The notes under the pieces are model-generated. The model searched no databases and had not been told where the DNA came from. It worked only from the letters and a program-made list of their open reading frames with translations. Positions 37,349 through 51,347 of a stretch of 64,000 nt of DNA are shown here, one piece after another (position 1 is the stretch's first letter; each line of letters begins with the position of its first letter). A program made the position numbers and the translations under genes. This DNA is from Chiloscyllium plagiosum. Lineage: Eukaryota. The DNA is taken from NCBI RefSeq assembly GCF_004010195.1, contig NC_057749.1, positions 11,389,540 to 11,453,539 on the forward strand, given 5' to 3'.

Positions 37349-39250
37349 TTAAGACCATAAGACATTCGAGTATAAATTAGGCCATTCAGCCCATTGCGTC
37401 TGCTCTGCCCTTCAGTCATGGCTGATAAGTTTTTCAATGCCATTCTCCCACTTTTTCCCCATAACTCTTGATACTTAAGAACCTATCTATCTCGGTCTTA
37501 AATTTACTCAATGACCTAGCCTCCACAGCCGTCTGTAGCAAAGAACTTTGTAGATTCACCACTCTCTGGCTGAAGAAATAACCTCTTATCTCCATTCTAA
37601 AAAGTCTTCCCTTTCCTCTAAGGCTATGCTGTCTGGTCCTGGTGTGTCTTACCAATGGAAACATCTTCCCAACGTCCACTCTGTACAGGCCATTCAGTAT
37701 TCTGTATAGAGTCATAGAGATGTACAGCATGGAAACAGACCCTTCGGTCCCGACCAGATATCCCAACCCAATCTAGTCCCACCTGCCAGCACCCGGCCCA
37801 TATCCCTCCAAACCCTTCCTATTCATATACCCATCCAAATGCCTCTTAAATGCTGCAATTGTACCAGCCTGGGACCATTCTCATGAACTTCCTCTGAACA
37901 CGCTCCAGGGCCAGTACATCCTCCTTGAGATATGGTGCCCAAAAATGAGCACAATATTCTAAATATAGTCTGATCAGAGCTTCGGAAGTACATCCCTGCT
38001 TTCATATTCAAGTCCCCTCAAAATAAATGCCATCACTGCATTTGCCTCTCTGCCTACTGACCCAACCCACAAGTTTACCTTGAGAGAATCCTGGACTAGA
38101 ACTCCCAAGTCTCTTTGCATGTTAGACTTCAGAAATTTTTCTCCATTTAGAAAATAGTCCATGCCTGTCGTCTTCCTATGGAAGTGCATGACCTCACATT
38201 TTTCAATGTTGTACTCCATCTTCCACTTCTTTGCCCACTCTCCTAACCTATCCAAATCCTTCTGCAGCCTCCCTTCTCTTCAATGCTACCTGTCCCTCTA
38301 CCTATCTTTGTATCACCTGCAAATGTTGCCAGAATGCCCTCACTTCCTTCATTTAGATCGTTAATGTATGAAGTGAAAAGTTGTGGTCTCAATACTGAGT
38401 CTTGTGGAACACCACTTGTCAACTGCCACCCTGAGAAGGACCCTTTTATCCCTGCTTTCTGCCAGAGAGCAAAGCTTCTATTCGTGCTAACACCTTGGTT
38501 CTGGCACCATAGGCCCAAGTCTTATGCAGTAGCCTCCTGTGTAGCATCTTGTCAAAGGCCTTCTTGAAGTCCAGGTCGATAACGTTCATTGGCTGTCCTT
38601 TGTCTAACCTGCTCGTTACTTTCTCAAAGAATTCGAGCAGAATTGTCAGGCATTATTTACCTTGATGAAACAATGCTGACTTGGCCCTATTTTACCATAC
38701 ACTTCCAAATATTCAAAAATCTCATCCTTTGCGATTCCAGGATATTAACCACGACTGAGGTTTAGCTAATCAGTCTGTAATTTTCCATCTTTTGCTTTAT
38801 TTCCTTTTTAAACCGAGGTGTCATGTTAGTGATTTTCCAGTCCTCTGGGACCCTGCATGACTGTAGCGATTTCTGAAAGATCATCACCAACGACTCCACT
38901 ATCTCTGAGGCTTCAAACTCTGGGGTGTCGTCCATCTTGTCCAGGTGATTTATCCACCTTCAGGCCATTCATTTTTTTTCTAGCACCTTCTCCGTAATGG
39001 CCACCATACTCAGCTCTGCCCCCTCACTCCCTTGAATTTTTGGGATGTTACTCGTGTCTTCCTAAGTGAAGACTGACAAAGTAATTATTCAGTTCCTCAG
39101 CCATTTCCTTGTTCCCCACTACTGTCTCTCCAGTGTCATTTTCCAGCAGCCCAACGTCCACTTTTTGCCTCTCTTTTGCCCTTGATATATCTAAAGAAAC
39201 TCAATCTTCCTTTATATTACTAGCTATCTTATCCAAGATCATTTCTTACT
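37349..39250 (-). mobile_element. CR1 (same family as 12816-15100) with a nested HER1-like 3' fragment at ~37707-37870
   Basis: SGVPQ.SVL.PQLF, WKMEYNIEKCEVMHF, FFSQRVVNL. Confidence 0.9.
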
Positions 39251-39384
39251 TTGTACTTATTGCATCTCATAATAACCAAGTTACTCCACTACCCTTTTCT
39301 TCCTGACTATCATTTCAAAGTCATTTACCCTTGAATATTTTGTTCCCAGTTTTGATCTCCTTGTAGATATTTTCAAATACATCT

Positions 39385-39482
39385 GTTCAAAGATGTTATT
39401 ATGCACATTTTGAGCAGGTGGAATTCGAGCCCAGGCCTCCTGGCTCAGATGCAGGGATAGTACTACTGTCTCTCAAGGGCCC
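39385..39482 (-). mobile_element. tRNA-derived SINE head
   Basis: B-box-like gggctcgaattccac on the minus strand. Confidence 0.5.
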
Positions 39483-40919
39483 TTGATCATCTTGTAACCA
39501 TGTCTACATAATGATCACATTTAACATAGATGGAATCTTAACAATGTATCTTCTCTTTTTTTCAGCTGCTAATTGCCTGCACTGGAACCATTGGTTGAGT
39601 CATAGAATGTAAATCCTAAAGAATTCAAGTATATGCCTAATTGTGCCAGATGCTTGAATGTTGTGAGCATTCTGACTGATTCTGCTGCATAACTAGAAAA
39701 ATGTGTTGCACTCTTGGTACTGTGAACTAATGAATTGTATTCTGAACTTTCATTTTAGAAGTGCTATAATATGGAAAGGAGCAGAGAAAATGAGCCCTTC
39801 AACCTCAGATGTTGAAGATTAAATGAAAAGCCCAAGAAGAGGGAAATGCAAAATGAGATCAAAATTAGGCTTATTGTGGGAAGTGATAAGGCATGATAAG
39901 GACCTGGGCATTGTGCTGAGAGAACCCTGAGCAGCTCAAGCAGAGATGTTGAAAAATAGGGAAAAGCTACTAGAGTTTGAGGGAAATAAGTCAGAGACTG
40001 ATGGGCTAAAAGGAGGCAGGAGTGAGTCCACAGGAACTCAAAGGTGAAGAAAAAGCCTATAAGAGTCAGAAGGAGCTGGGATAGATCCAGTTGTGTAAGT
40101 TGGTGGTCTGGTTATATGAGATTTCCTTTCTGCATTTAATACATAGAACAAGGTGGCAGTATGAAGGTTCCTAATCAGGTACAGTTTGGGGAAATTTTCT
40201 CACCTTTTTAAAAGCAAAGAAGCACATCTTGCATGGTTAACACTATCCTGCTGGAAGAGTAATTGGTCTAACTTGTTGAAGCCTTGTTCTTAATTTTATA
40301 TGGGGACCTGGGTGATTGCCAAATAGACCCAGTGCTGGGGAGGAACCTGTCTGATCGAGATTTAAAAGGACAAAACAACAGCAGAGGTTAGCCAGATCGC
40401 TGTAGTGAAGGTGTCCCGAATGACATGGAACAAGCAAGGATGCAGGAAGTCCTGAACAATCCCTCACTGGCTGGATAAGTAGGAGATCTGGCAAGGCAAC
40501 ATCTGTCCACTGATGCGGAGGGACAGTAAGATCAAGAATAGAGATAGAGATGTGGGAAATACCTCACCAAATTGAGGAACTGAAAGGCAATGCAGTGGGA
40601 GATGGACAACCAAAGGTTACAAGACAGATTAGAGATCAATCCCTCCATAAAGCAACAGAACAGGGAAAGATAGTAATCTTGAAGTTCCACTGACCATGTG
40701 ACCACATCGAAAGATGTTTGTGCAGATGAAACTGAACTAAACACAGCACAGTCATCTGGTGAGTGCCTGTGAGAGGATGGCCAGTTAGAGGGTAACAAGG
40801 GGAATCAGTTGAGAATGAAGGACTGGCAGCTTTCCCAGTTGAATGCTACTGACCACAGTTTAGGTAATGCAATCTAACTTGAATATCTATCTGGCAGGCC
40901 AGCTGCTTCAAGAAATCCA

Positions 40920-41420
40920 CTGGAGTCTGTCCCGCTAATGGTCCAAGACATGGACATGGGATAGCGTCCACTTATCAAAAATACTGCCAGCTGAGCCCCA
41001 ACAAACTGGTACAGGTCAGACAGGAAACTCCACACGTACTAAACAATAAAACAGTTGAGCCCATCCAAGCAGTTGGAACATCCAATGCACTAGTCATTCA
41101 GGCTGTAATAAATGGTATGACCAGGACTGATTCCTGTAATGACAACATCCCTGTCTGTTCTATAAACCAAAGGTTGCATCAAGAAGATGGGTCACTCTTG
41201 CAACCTCAGCAAAATTAACATGTTAACTAGATACTGGCAAATCCCCATGACCCCTACAGTGAGTGAAGTCTCTCCTGGAAAGCCTATGTCACAGCATGGT
41301 CATATCCATTTTCCTTAATGCCCCAGCAGCTTTTCTTAGGCTGATCAACGAGGTAATAACTGGACTGAGCAAGAATGTTGTGTACCTAGGAAACCTGACA
41401 GTTAACAGCATCAAAAAAAG
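40920..41420 (+). mobile_element. Degraded Gypsy RT fragment
   Basis: NAPAAFLRLINEVITGL...VVYLGNL (cf. NAPATFQR...YLDD). Upstream DMDMG...IK..CQL and EP.S.W-like remnants. Confidence 0.7.
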
Positions 41421-42299
41421 TCATTTGGAAAGAGGCGTTGCCAAGTGGTCAATCTGTATTGTAAAGCAGGGAAGTTGCATTGCTCTTAATAGTTATGTAT
41501 ATGGCTTTAAAGAGTGAAAGATAGAATGAATGCCTACCCACACTCTTTCTTCAAGAAAAACTTTTAAAAATGGTGCACGATTAGTGACTTGACCATGTGC
41601 TGAAATATCAGAGCAACAGATTTCACAGCATTCTGTCATATCCTTTTGTTTTCATATCCTAAAGGCCGTAAGTGTTTTTTAATACTCAAACCTCTGCAAA
41701 CAATCTTATTTTATCTTATTGTGTTTGGCATTATTAAGAGGCATAACCATTTCTTCTTCCCTAGTACAGTTGTCCATGTTAACTAGTTATTGCATCTTCC
41801 CTGAATAAATTTTGTTTTGACAAAGCTGAAGTTTTAAAAATTTATTGAAATTTATTAAACCACCTAAGGAACTGCATTTCAACTCCTTTGGTTGCTGACC
41901 TGAACTCTAAACCCGAACTGCCATTGTCAAACCTGTTCCTATCTGTTCTTTTTGACCCCAAGATCAGCTTCAGAACAGATATCTTTTCCAATAAGAAAAT
42001 TACTGAGGGGCGGATCCATCATCTCTGGCTAAATAGAAATGTTAATATGTTCATACTAAAAAAGCATATCGTTGCTTAAAGTCAGGTGGCAGCTCAAAAT
42101 TGGAGGAGCAAGAAAAGGAAAGTGGGAAAAATGAAGTATGGGAGGAATTTGGCGAAAATGCTAGAGAAACTTGTCTGAAGAGAAACAGTTAACATTTTGA
42201 GCCTGATGTGACTCTTCTCTGCAAGATTTTCTGTTTTTATTTCAGATTACTAGCTTCTGCAATATTTTACTTCTAATTTGAGTTAACAAAATCAGGCTT

Positions 42300-43270
42300 G
42301 GTCCAATAGAAATGAGATTGTAAAATTAATGGACAAGAAGGAGATGGCAGATGAACTGAATAGTTATTTTGTGTTGGCTTGCACTCCAGAGGATACGAGT
42401 ATCATCCCAGAACCAATGAAAAATGTTGTGGGAGGGCGAGAGGAACTTTAAAAAAAAACCACAGAAGTGGCACAGAGTAAATTGGAGTTGTGGGCTTACA
42501 AGTGCCTAGGTCCTGATGGACATCATCTTAGGATCTTCAAAGAAGTGCACTGAGATTGATGCATTGGTTTTAATTTTACAAAACTTGCTTGATTTGTGGT
42601 GGTCCCAATTGATTGAAAGATGATGAAGGCACTCCTTTATTCAAAAAGCGATTGAGACAGAAAGCAGGAAACTGCAGGTCAGAGAGCCTATCATCTGTCA
42701 CACGGAATGTCAGAAGCTAAAAATTATGAAAAGAGTTGTAGGAGGGCACATAAATAAATTCAGGTGATTGGGCAGAGTCAGCATGGTTTTGTGAAAGTGA
42801 AGTCATGTTTGACCAATCTCTCAGTGTTCTTTGAGTGTGAAACTCCTGCTGCAAATAAAAGGGAACTGATGCATGTACTATACTTAGATTTCCAGAAGAC
42901 ATTTGCTGAGCTGCCGTATGAAAGGTTTGTATGAAAACTTGAAGCTCTGGTATGGGGAACATATTGACATGAATAGAAGATTGACTGCTAACATGAAGCA
43001 AAGAGTAGGTATAAATAAGTCTGTTTTGGGTTGGTGAGATGTAATGAGTGGTGTATCACAGGGATTGGTGCTGGGACCTCAATTGTTTCCAATTTTTAAA
43101 AAAATTAGAGATGGAATGACAGAATATAATAGGTTCCCAATCTGCTGACAAACCAAAGGTAGGTTAGAAAGTGAGCTATGAAGAGGGCATGAAACTACAA
43201 AAATATATAGATTGGTTAAGAATTGGTTAAAATCTGTCAAATGGAGTATAACGTGAGAAAAGTGAAATTA
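42300..43270 (+). mobile_element. Old CR1 ORF2 fragment
   Basis: EMADELNSYF, GPDG.H, SQHGFVK..SCLTNL, YLDFQK.F. Confidence 0.85.
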
Positions 43271-43384
43271 TTCCATCAGCCTCCCACCCCATACACATAC
43301 ACAAAATAAATGGTGTTTTTAAAAAAAAAAATGGGGAAGCAGTTCAAGGAGCCTAATTCACAAGGTTTGCAGAAATAGTCATAG

Positions 43385-45155
43385 GGACAAAAAACGGCAG
43401 ATGCTGTACTCCAACATCGACAGTAGGAGGCTGAAAGCACATAAGGCAGACAGTATCAGGAGGTGGAGAAGTCGACATTTCGAGTGTTACCCTTCAGGAC
43501 TGGGGGTGGGAAGGGGTACTAAAATGGGTGGTGACTGGGACACTTCCGCCAACTCCAACTAGACTCCAACATCAAGAACATCTTCCAATTCCCACCCCTT
43601 TCTGCCTTCCACCAGGACCGTTCCCTTTGACAGTCCTTGGTTTGCGTCACTCTCCCCACCGACTGAACCCCTAGATACCATTCCCTACAACTGGAAAAGT
43701 GCAGAACGTGCCAGTACACCACCCCCTCACCTCCATCCAAGGTCCCAAACAGTCCTTCCAGGTGAGACAGACGTTCACCTACCTCACCTAGTTTACTGCA
43801 TCAGGTGCTCCCAAAGTAGTCCCCTCTACATCTGGGGCACCAAGTGTAAACTTGTGGGAACGGTTCGCCGTGCATTACAGCTGAGTCTGCAGGGGCTGAC
43901 CGGAACTCCTAGGCACCTCCCATTTTAATTCCCCTTCTCACTCTCTTTCCAACATGACCATCCTTGGCCTCCATTGCTGCAATGAAGCACACCTCAAATT
44001 GGAGGAACACCACCAATTTTGCCTATATCCTGGAGGACTCAACATTGAGTTCTCCAATTTCAAATAACCTCCCTTCCCATCCCCTCCCTCTCCTTCCGTT
44101 CCTCCCAGCCATGAAACTGATTCATTCCTCCCATTGACCATGCAGGTTGTACCCTCTACCTGTCTTCACCTATCCCACTTCACCACCCTGCCTCCACCAC
44201 TGGCTTTCTCTGCAGCTCCCCACCACACCCACCCCCAGTCCTGAAGAAGCGATAGTCATAGAATCACAGCATGAAGACAGATCACTTGGTCCAACTCGTC
44301 ACCTACAAACGAACCCCACCACCAGAGAGATATTTCCCTCCCCACCCCTATCCGCTTTCCGTAAAGACCATCACCCCATCCGCTTTCCATAAAGACCATT
44401 CCCTCCACAACTACCTTGTCAGGTCCATATTTCCTCCCCCCCCCAACAACCCACCCTCCCCTGCCAGTGCAAGAATTGCAAAACCTGTGCCCACACCTCC
44501 ATCCAAGACCCAAAGGAGCCTTCCACATCCATCAAAGTTTCACCTGCATTTCCACACGTCATTTATTGTATCTGTTGCTCCCGATGTGGTCTTCTCTGCA
44601 TTGGGGAGACAGGACGCCTACTTGCAGAGCGCTTCAGAGAACCTCTCCAGGACACCTGCACCAACCAACACTACTACCCCATGGCTGAACACTTCAACTG
44701 CCCCTCCCACTCTGCTGAGGACATGCAGGTCCTGGGCTGCCTCCACCACTCCCTTATCACCTGACGTTTGGAGAAAGAACACTCCATCTTCCGCCTCAGG
44801 ACCCTTCGACGTGGATTTCACAAGTTTCCTTATTTCCCCTCTTTTCCCCCCCCCCCCCCCTTATCCCAGTTCTAACCTTGCAGCTCAGTAGTGCCCTCAA
44901 GACCTGTCTCTCCTGTCCATCTTCCTTCCCACCTATCTGCTCCACACCCCTCCAACCTATCACCATTAACCCCACCTCCATCCACCTATTGCATTCTCAG
45001 CTACCCTCCCCTCTAGACCCACCCCCTCCCATTTGTCTACTCACTTCTGAGGCTCCAAACCGATGAAGGGCTTTTGTCCGAAATATTGATTTTTTTTTTC
45101 ACTGCTCCTTTGATGCTGCCTGACCTGCTGTGTTCTTCCAGCACCACACTCTTGG
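43385..45155 (+). mobile_element. Penelope cluster: inverted pLTR (~43385-43520, minus) then two tandem GIY-YIG-coding segments
   Basis: Two copies of F...PLSAF..D.SL...LV, YCI.C..C..LYIG and PVA.HFN-like coding. Hammerhead-like ends at ~44241 and ~45061. Confidence 0.85.
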
Positions 45156-45209
45156 CTCTTCTATTCTTCAGTCTCTTTTTCAGCAGGCTCTTGGTTGACT
45201 GGTCTTTAG

Positions 45210-45590
45210 GTGAATGAAAGGGGGCTGATTGAAATGTGTAAAACTATGACTATACAGACTTGAATAGAGTGGATATTTTCCCTGGTTGTTGAGTCTAGAA
45301 CCAGAGATCTGCTCTGGTTGCTCACAATTGAGAGGCTGAACTATCTCTTCGCTCAGAGGGTGGTCAACATATGGATTTCAGTACCACAGAAGGATGTGGA
45401 GGCCAGGACACTCAGTGTATTCAAGAAAGCGATAGATAAAATTTTTAGATATTAAAGGCAGCAAAGTGTATGGAGAGTTGTTGGAAATATTGCTTTGAGA
45501 TAGATGATCATTCATGATGTTGAACGGTGAAGCAGGCCCAAAGGACTTAATGGCCTAATCTTGCTCGTAGTTTCTTTATTTCTATCTTTT
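45210..45590 (+). mobile_element. CR1 3' end
   Basis: GLIEMCK, QRVVNIW; ends ggcctaatcttgctcgtagtttc. Confidence 0.75.
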
Positions 45591-46949
45591 TACTACTTTG
45601 CAGGAGGCATAAACATTTAACCAGTAATTAAGAGACTTTGTAGTTAAGTGTTGTAACTTGCAGCAACTGGTGAGGGAAAATAAACTGGCTTTCTTCAGGA
45701 GAGACAAGTATTTTATATTAAAAATATACTTTATTCATAAATAACCTATGTAAGAAAATAAGTACAGGTCCGTACAGACTTTGCAGAAAAGCAGTGGAAT
45801 TTTGACATTCGTTGTTGATGCTTCAATCTACTTATAACAGAAGGGTACTTTCTCGTCATGAAAGGATACTATTTACATTCCTTGAGGGGGTCTTGGATCT
45901 TAACAGAATCTCAGACTTTAAATGGTGGCCTTTCCCAGTAAGCCGCTGCCTGAAGCTTTATTCCCACCCAAAGTCTAGTGCTGCATTTTCAAATTTACCA
46001 TCTGCAACACACTGAAGCACCATCTGTCAATATAGTGCACACCCTATAAGCTGTTCAGCTACCCAAGAGCCAGTTAGATAGTTGTGGTCAGACTTGCTTA
46101 GGTTGTCCTAACTAATTAGAACGATCTGAACTAATCAGCAATCTGTTGCCAGCCAGCATTCACTTTCTACATACCCCTTGGTGCCAGCCCATCTACAAAT
46201 AGTCTCATTCAGTGTTTGAACAAAGCAACTGTGTAAGCTTGACTTAAAATAAGTTTCAGTAACTTGTTTGTTAAAAGCACAGAAATTCCTCCAGTCCTTG
46301 GTTTTAAATCCACCCCTTTCCCATAATAATCCACAATGAAAAATGCAGAAAAATTAAACAAAATACAGTCTTTACACTTTGAAGACTTTCTGACTCCACC
46401 ACTCTTGGAGGCAGTGTGTTCCAGTTCCAGTCTCCCATCTTCCCAACTCCCCTTAGCCTTCTACTTCTAGCTTTAAATATATGCTCTTAGTTGTTGACTC
46501 CTGTACCAATGGAAAATCTGTCTGAGGTACACATTGATCTGGGTGCCTTGGTGTATGAATTACACAAGGTTAGTGTACGGCTATAGCAAGTACTTAGAAA
46601 AGCTAAGAGAATAAAGTGAGTGTACAAAAGTAGGGAGATTACGATTCACTTGTACAGAGTATTGATGAGATTACATCTGGGGTACAGTGCACAGTACTGT
46701 CATCACTTTATTTAAGGAAGGATATAAATATGTTAAAGGCACTTAGGAGATTAATGTCTGGAATGACTGATTTCTCTAATGAGGGCAAGTTGGCTAGGTA
46801 GCATCTTGGAGTTAGAGTTAAAAATGATTTGATTGAAACAGTATTGTGAGAGGCCTTGACGAGGTATATGTGGAGAGGATGTTTCCACTTAATGAAAGCA
46901 TCTACTAATAACAGTCGCATACAGCTCAGAAGCAGATCCTTCAATTCAA

Positions 46950-47580
46950 TGCAGATCATAATCCCAAACTAAACCAGTCCCACCTGCTTGTGCTTTGTTT
47001 GTATCGCTCCAAACATTTCTTATTCACATACTTATCTAAATGTCTTTTAAATGTTGTAACTGCACCTGCATCGACCACTTCCTCTGAAAGTTCATTCCAC
47101 GATCTTCTACCTAACCTTTTATATTTACTCTGTAAAGCCTTGATCCTTTTCCTAACTATGCCATTCCTACCAATGTGTACACTAACTTCTGGTTTCTCAC
47201 TCTCCCATTTATCAATTTGCTTCAAACATTTTGAGATGCCCTTAATCCTGGCACCAAGAAAGCAACATGCTATCCTAGATTCATGTTGACTGCTGTAGAA
47301 TCTCCTGTCTGGGTCCTTGACAGAAAAGTCTCCTAAAACAATTATTTGAAATTTTGATAAACCCTGCCTAACGTAAGAGACCTTCTTAGTGCCCAAGACC
47401 TGACTGTCTCTTGTATTTTCCTGTAAGAGATTATTGTTTCAAAAATACCCTACACTGAGTATCTGTTTGAGAGAGGAATAGCCATATGAGACTTCTGAAC
47501 TATCTTTTACCTTCCCTGACAGTCACCCACTTAGCTGACTGATCCTGCTGTGTAATCACTTCTCAAAATCTACTAGCCAT
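46950..47580 (-). mobile_element. CR1 pieces: ORF1 esterase remnant abutting a CR1 3' end
   Basis: ORF 46956-47396: IVLGD.SV..DRRF...CCFLGARI followed directly by WNELSEEVVDAG. Confidence 0.8.
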
Positions 47581-47585
47581 CTAAC

Positions 47586-47890
47586 TGGTGGCACAGTGGT
47601 TAGCACTGCTGCCTCACAGCGCCAGAGACCCGGGTTCAATTCCTGACTCAGGCGACTGACTGTGTGGAGTTTGCACATTCTCCCCGTGTCTGCGTGGGTT
47701 TCCTCCGGGTGCTCCGGTTTCCTCCCACAGTCCAAAGATGTGCGGGTCAGGTGAATTGGCCATGCTAAATTGCCCGTAGTGTTAGGTTAAAGGGGTAATT
47801 GTAGGGGTATGGGTGGGTTGTGCTTCGGCCGGTCGGTGTGGACTTGTTGGGCCGAAGGGCCTGTTTCCACACTGTAAGTAATCTAATCTA
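47586..47890 (+). mobile_element. HE1/V-SINE, young subfamily
   Basis: Near-identical to the 52841 copy. Confidence 0.95.
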
Positions 47891-49569
47891 AAAAAAACTC
47901 TGCGTCTCTTGTATGTCCTCAATGTCATTAAGCCTAAAAGGAATCAGCTTACAATAGCACCTTATAAATGAAATAATTTAGTTTTCTTTATCCAAAGAGT
48001 TAACATTAAGCATGTAAAAAAAAAGAAATACCCGTTTTAAAAAATCTTAAATAAAATCAACCACTTAGCTGGACAATTGAATTTTAAAAAAGACTTCTGC
48101 TCACGTGGTCCAGCAGAGAGCTTTCAATGTTCTGATTTTAAAAATCTAATTCCAGAGCTGTCCATGCATAGGTCTCTCCAAAAGCTCTGTAAATGCAACT
48201 CTATTTTTGAAGAAAACTCTCTTCTATGTGTATAATTTTATAGAAAAGAAAACTGAGCTATCCATGTGTAGTCCTCTCCAAAAGGTCCGTTAATGGAATC
48301 CATTTGAAAAAAATGCTTTTTCCTTTTTGTGATTTTGACTGTAAAAGAATTAAAATGAATCAAAATAAAAATCTTATGACAGAAATATAATACCTAAGAA
48401 ATCTGGAAGTAAGTCTAGAAATGAAGCTGAATCTCAGGAGCCGCTGCAAGATCAATGCTACTCTCAGCCCACCATTTTAGAATCCGTAGATGAAATATAA
48501 CAGACAGCATATGCATCGATGCTCTCACTGCCTTTAGAGAGAGAGGTGGGCCCTGCAGTGGATACAGTGCTTTATTTTCCGATGTAACTTCATTTTGATT
48601 TAGCCCCTTGGTGCTCTCCCTACCACCCATCTGCCCTCACTTTTGGTGGGTTGTATTGCCCATAATGGGCTTTGTATATACATTTCTAATTGGCTGCATG
48701 GTTGAATACTAGTAGTATTAAATAGTATAAAAAAAGGCAAAAAGCCATGGGAAAGTTGTTTCGTTGTGTATGATAACATTTCTGGATATAAAAGAAAAAT
48801 AATTAAAGCAGACCTAGGAGGTGCCCATTTAAAAAGACAGAATTGTGGTGACTGTTTAAAAAGCAGGGACTGTCCATTTAAAACAACCATGAAATGAAAT
48901 TTTTTTGAGGGTCGTTAGCCTTTGGAACTCTTTCTGAATGGATGGTGGAAGCAGTGACCTTGAGTATCTCCTGATAGCTGACAGCAGCATTTTGTGTCTT
49001 TTTAAAATTCACTACGAGCACTGTGATAGTTTCAAGACTCTTTATCCATGTTAAAGCTTCAGATTTTGGTTTTCTCTAGTGTTTATCATAAAAGTCATGA
49101 GTTATCATTGTCACATTTTTAATTTTATTTTTTAAAAACCTAAATTTGTCACACTGTCTTTCCCCCCGGTTTATTTGAAGAATAAGGTCATAACTTGGGA
49201 TGTTAATGTTGTTTTTCCACTCTGTTTTTGGAGTATTACCAGCATTTCTGTTGTATTAATTTTTCATATTGGTATGCAGCGCTGTGACCTTTTAAGCATT
49301 TGCCTTGCCTTCAGTTGGAAGGCATATTAGCTAAAATTGGAAATCTGCATTCGGCCATGAAATGCAGCTGTAAGGAAATTGCTACCCTCTTTTCCCCCCA
49401 TTGTTGTTTGTAACCTTCTTTTGCTTTGGGCTAGTTTTAATTAGTAAAATTGTAGTGTTGATAGAAAGAAATAAATATAGTAGGATTTTCTGCAAATTAC
49501 TGCAAACTGTTCTGAAGCAGACTAATTTTGAAATTTGTTTTGCTACTTGAATGTTTTATATGCTTTAAG

Positions 49570-50495
49570 ATGGTAAGACAGATGGACAGAATTAGGCCAC
49601 ACAGCCCAATGAGTCTGCTCCACCATTCGATCTTGGCTGATACTTTTCTCAACCCCGTTCTTTTGCCTTCTCCCCATAATTTTCAGTCCCCTTACCAATG
49701 ATGATTCCATCTATGTGTCTTAAATACACTCCGTGATTTGGCCTTCACAGCCTTCAGCAGCAATGAGTTTCACAGATTCATCACCCTCTCACTGAAGAAA
49801 TTCCTCCTCCTTTAGGGTTGGCCTTTCGCTATGATGTTGTCTTTGGGTCCTAGTCTCTCCGTGTCCAGTGTATCCAGGCCTCTCCGTATTCTGTAAGTTT
49901 CAATGAGATCTCCCCCTCATCCTTTGAAACTGAGTACAGACCCAAAGTTTTCACCTGCTCCTCATATGATAGCCCTTCATTCTTGGGATCATTTTTCTGA
50001 ACCTCCTCTGGATCCCCTCCAATGGGCCAGCACATTGTTCCTTAGATACCCGGCCCAAAACTGCTCACAATTTGCCAAATGCAGTCTGCACAGAACCTTA
50101 TACACTGTCAGCAATATGCCCTTGCTCATGTTTTCTAGCCATCTCAAAGTTAATGCAATATAATATTTGCCTTCCTAATTGCCAAATGAACCTGGTTCAA
50201 ACTGAGAATCCTGAACTAAGACACTTAAGTTCCTTTGCTTCTGAAGACTTTGCCCATTTAAAAAATAGTCTACACTTCTATTCTTCCTACAAACGTGCAC
50301 AAGCTAACGTTTTCCCATATTGTATTCCATCTGCTACTACTTTGCTCACTCTCCTAGACTGTCCAAGTTCTTCTGCAGCCTCTCTGCTTCCTCAGCCTTA
50401 TCTGCCCTTCTATCTTTGTGTCCTCTGCAAACCTAGCAACAAGCTGTTAGTTCATTTGTTCAGATCATTAATGTATGATGTGAATGATTGTGTTC
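49570..50495 (-). mobile_element. CR1 3' part
   Basis: GLSYEE.VKTLGLYS. Continues at ~51345-51490. Confidence 0.8.
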
Positions 50496-50507
50496 ACAAT
50501 ACATAAT

Positions 50508-51347
50508 TTCGAGCTGGACTGAGAAATGGCAGATGGAGTTCAACCTGGATAAATGCAAAGTACATTTTGGAAGGTCGAACTCGAATGCTGAATATAGGAT
50601 TAAAGACAAGATTCTTGGCAGTGTGGAGGAACCGAGGGATCTGGGTGTGCAAATATATAGATTCCTCAAAGTTGCCACCCAAGTGGATAGGGTTGTTAAG
50701 AAAGCATATGGTGTTTTGGCTTTCATTAACGGGTATCGAGTTTAAGAGCAGCGAGGTTTTGCTACAGCTTGACAAGACCCTGGTGAGACCACAATTGGAA
50801 GATTGTGTCCAGTTTCTGGTCGCCCTACTATAGGAAAGATACAGAGACTCTGGAGAGGGTGCAAAGAAGGTTTACCAGGATGCTGCCCGGACTGGAGGGC
50901 CTGCCTTAAGAAAGGTGGAATAAGCTCGGACTTTTCTCTCTGGAGAGGAGGAGGAAGAGAGGAGACCTGATCGAGGTATACAGGATATTGAGAGGAATAG
51001 ATAATCAATAGCCAGATCCTTCCCCAGGCCAGGGTTGATAGGTACGAGGGGTCATAGTTTTAAGATATTAGGAGAAAGGTTTAGAGGGGACGTCAGAGGT
51101 AGGTTCTTTACTCAGAGTTGTGAATGCATGGAATGCATTGCCCTCAGAGAGTTGTGAATGCATGGAATGCATTGCCAGCTGTGGTGTTGGAAGCAGAGTC
51201 ATTAGGGATATTTAAGCAACTGCTGAGCAGGCACATGGAGAGCAGTGAGATGAGGGTGCGTAGGTTAAGTTATATTTTACATTAGGATTAAATCTCAGCA
51301 CAACATTGTGGGCCAAAGGGCCTGTTCTGTGCTGTACTTTTCTATGA
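50508..51347 (+). mobile_element. CR1 3' part, same family as 19012-22030
   Basis: FGRSNSNAEYRIKD is shared with the 19565-20035 ORF. Tail ctgtacttttctatg. Confidence 0.92.

Noticed and set aside
39545..39600. Strong polypyrimidine/AG acceptor with a possible 28-nt micro-exon
   Set aside because: Weak donor (gttgag), frame-shifting length and no similarity to ZO-1 exon 2.
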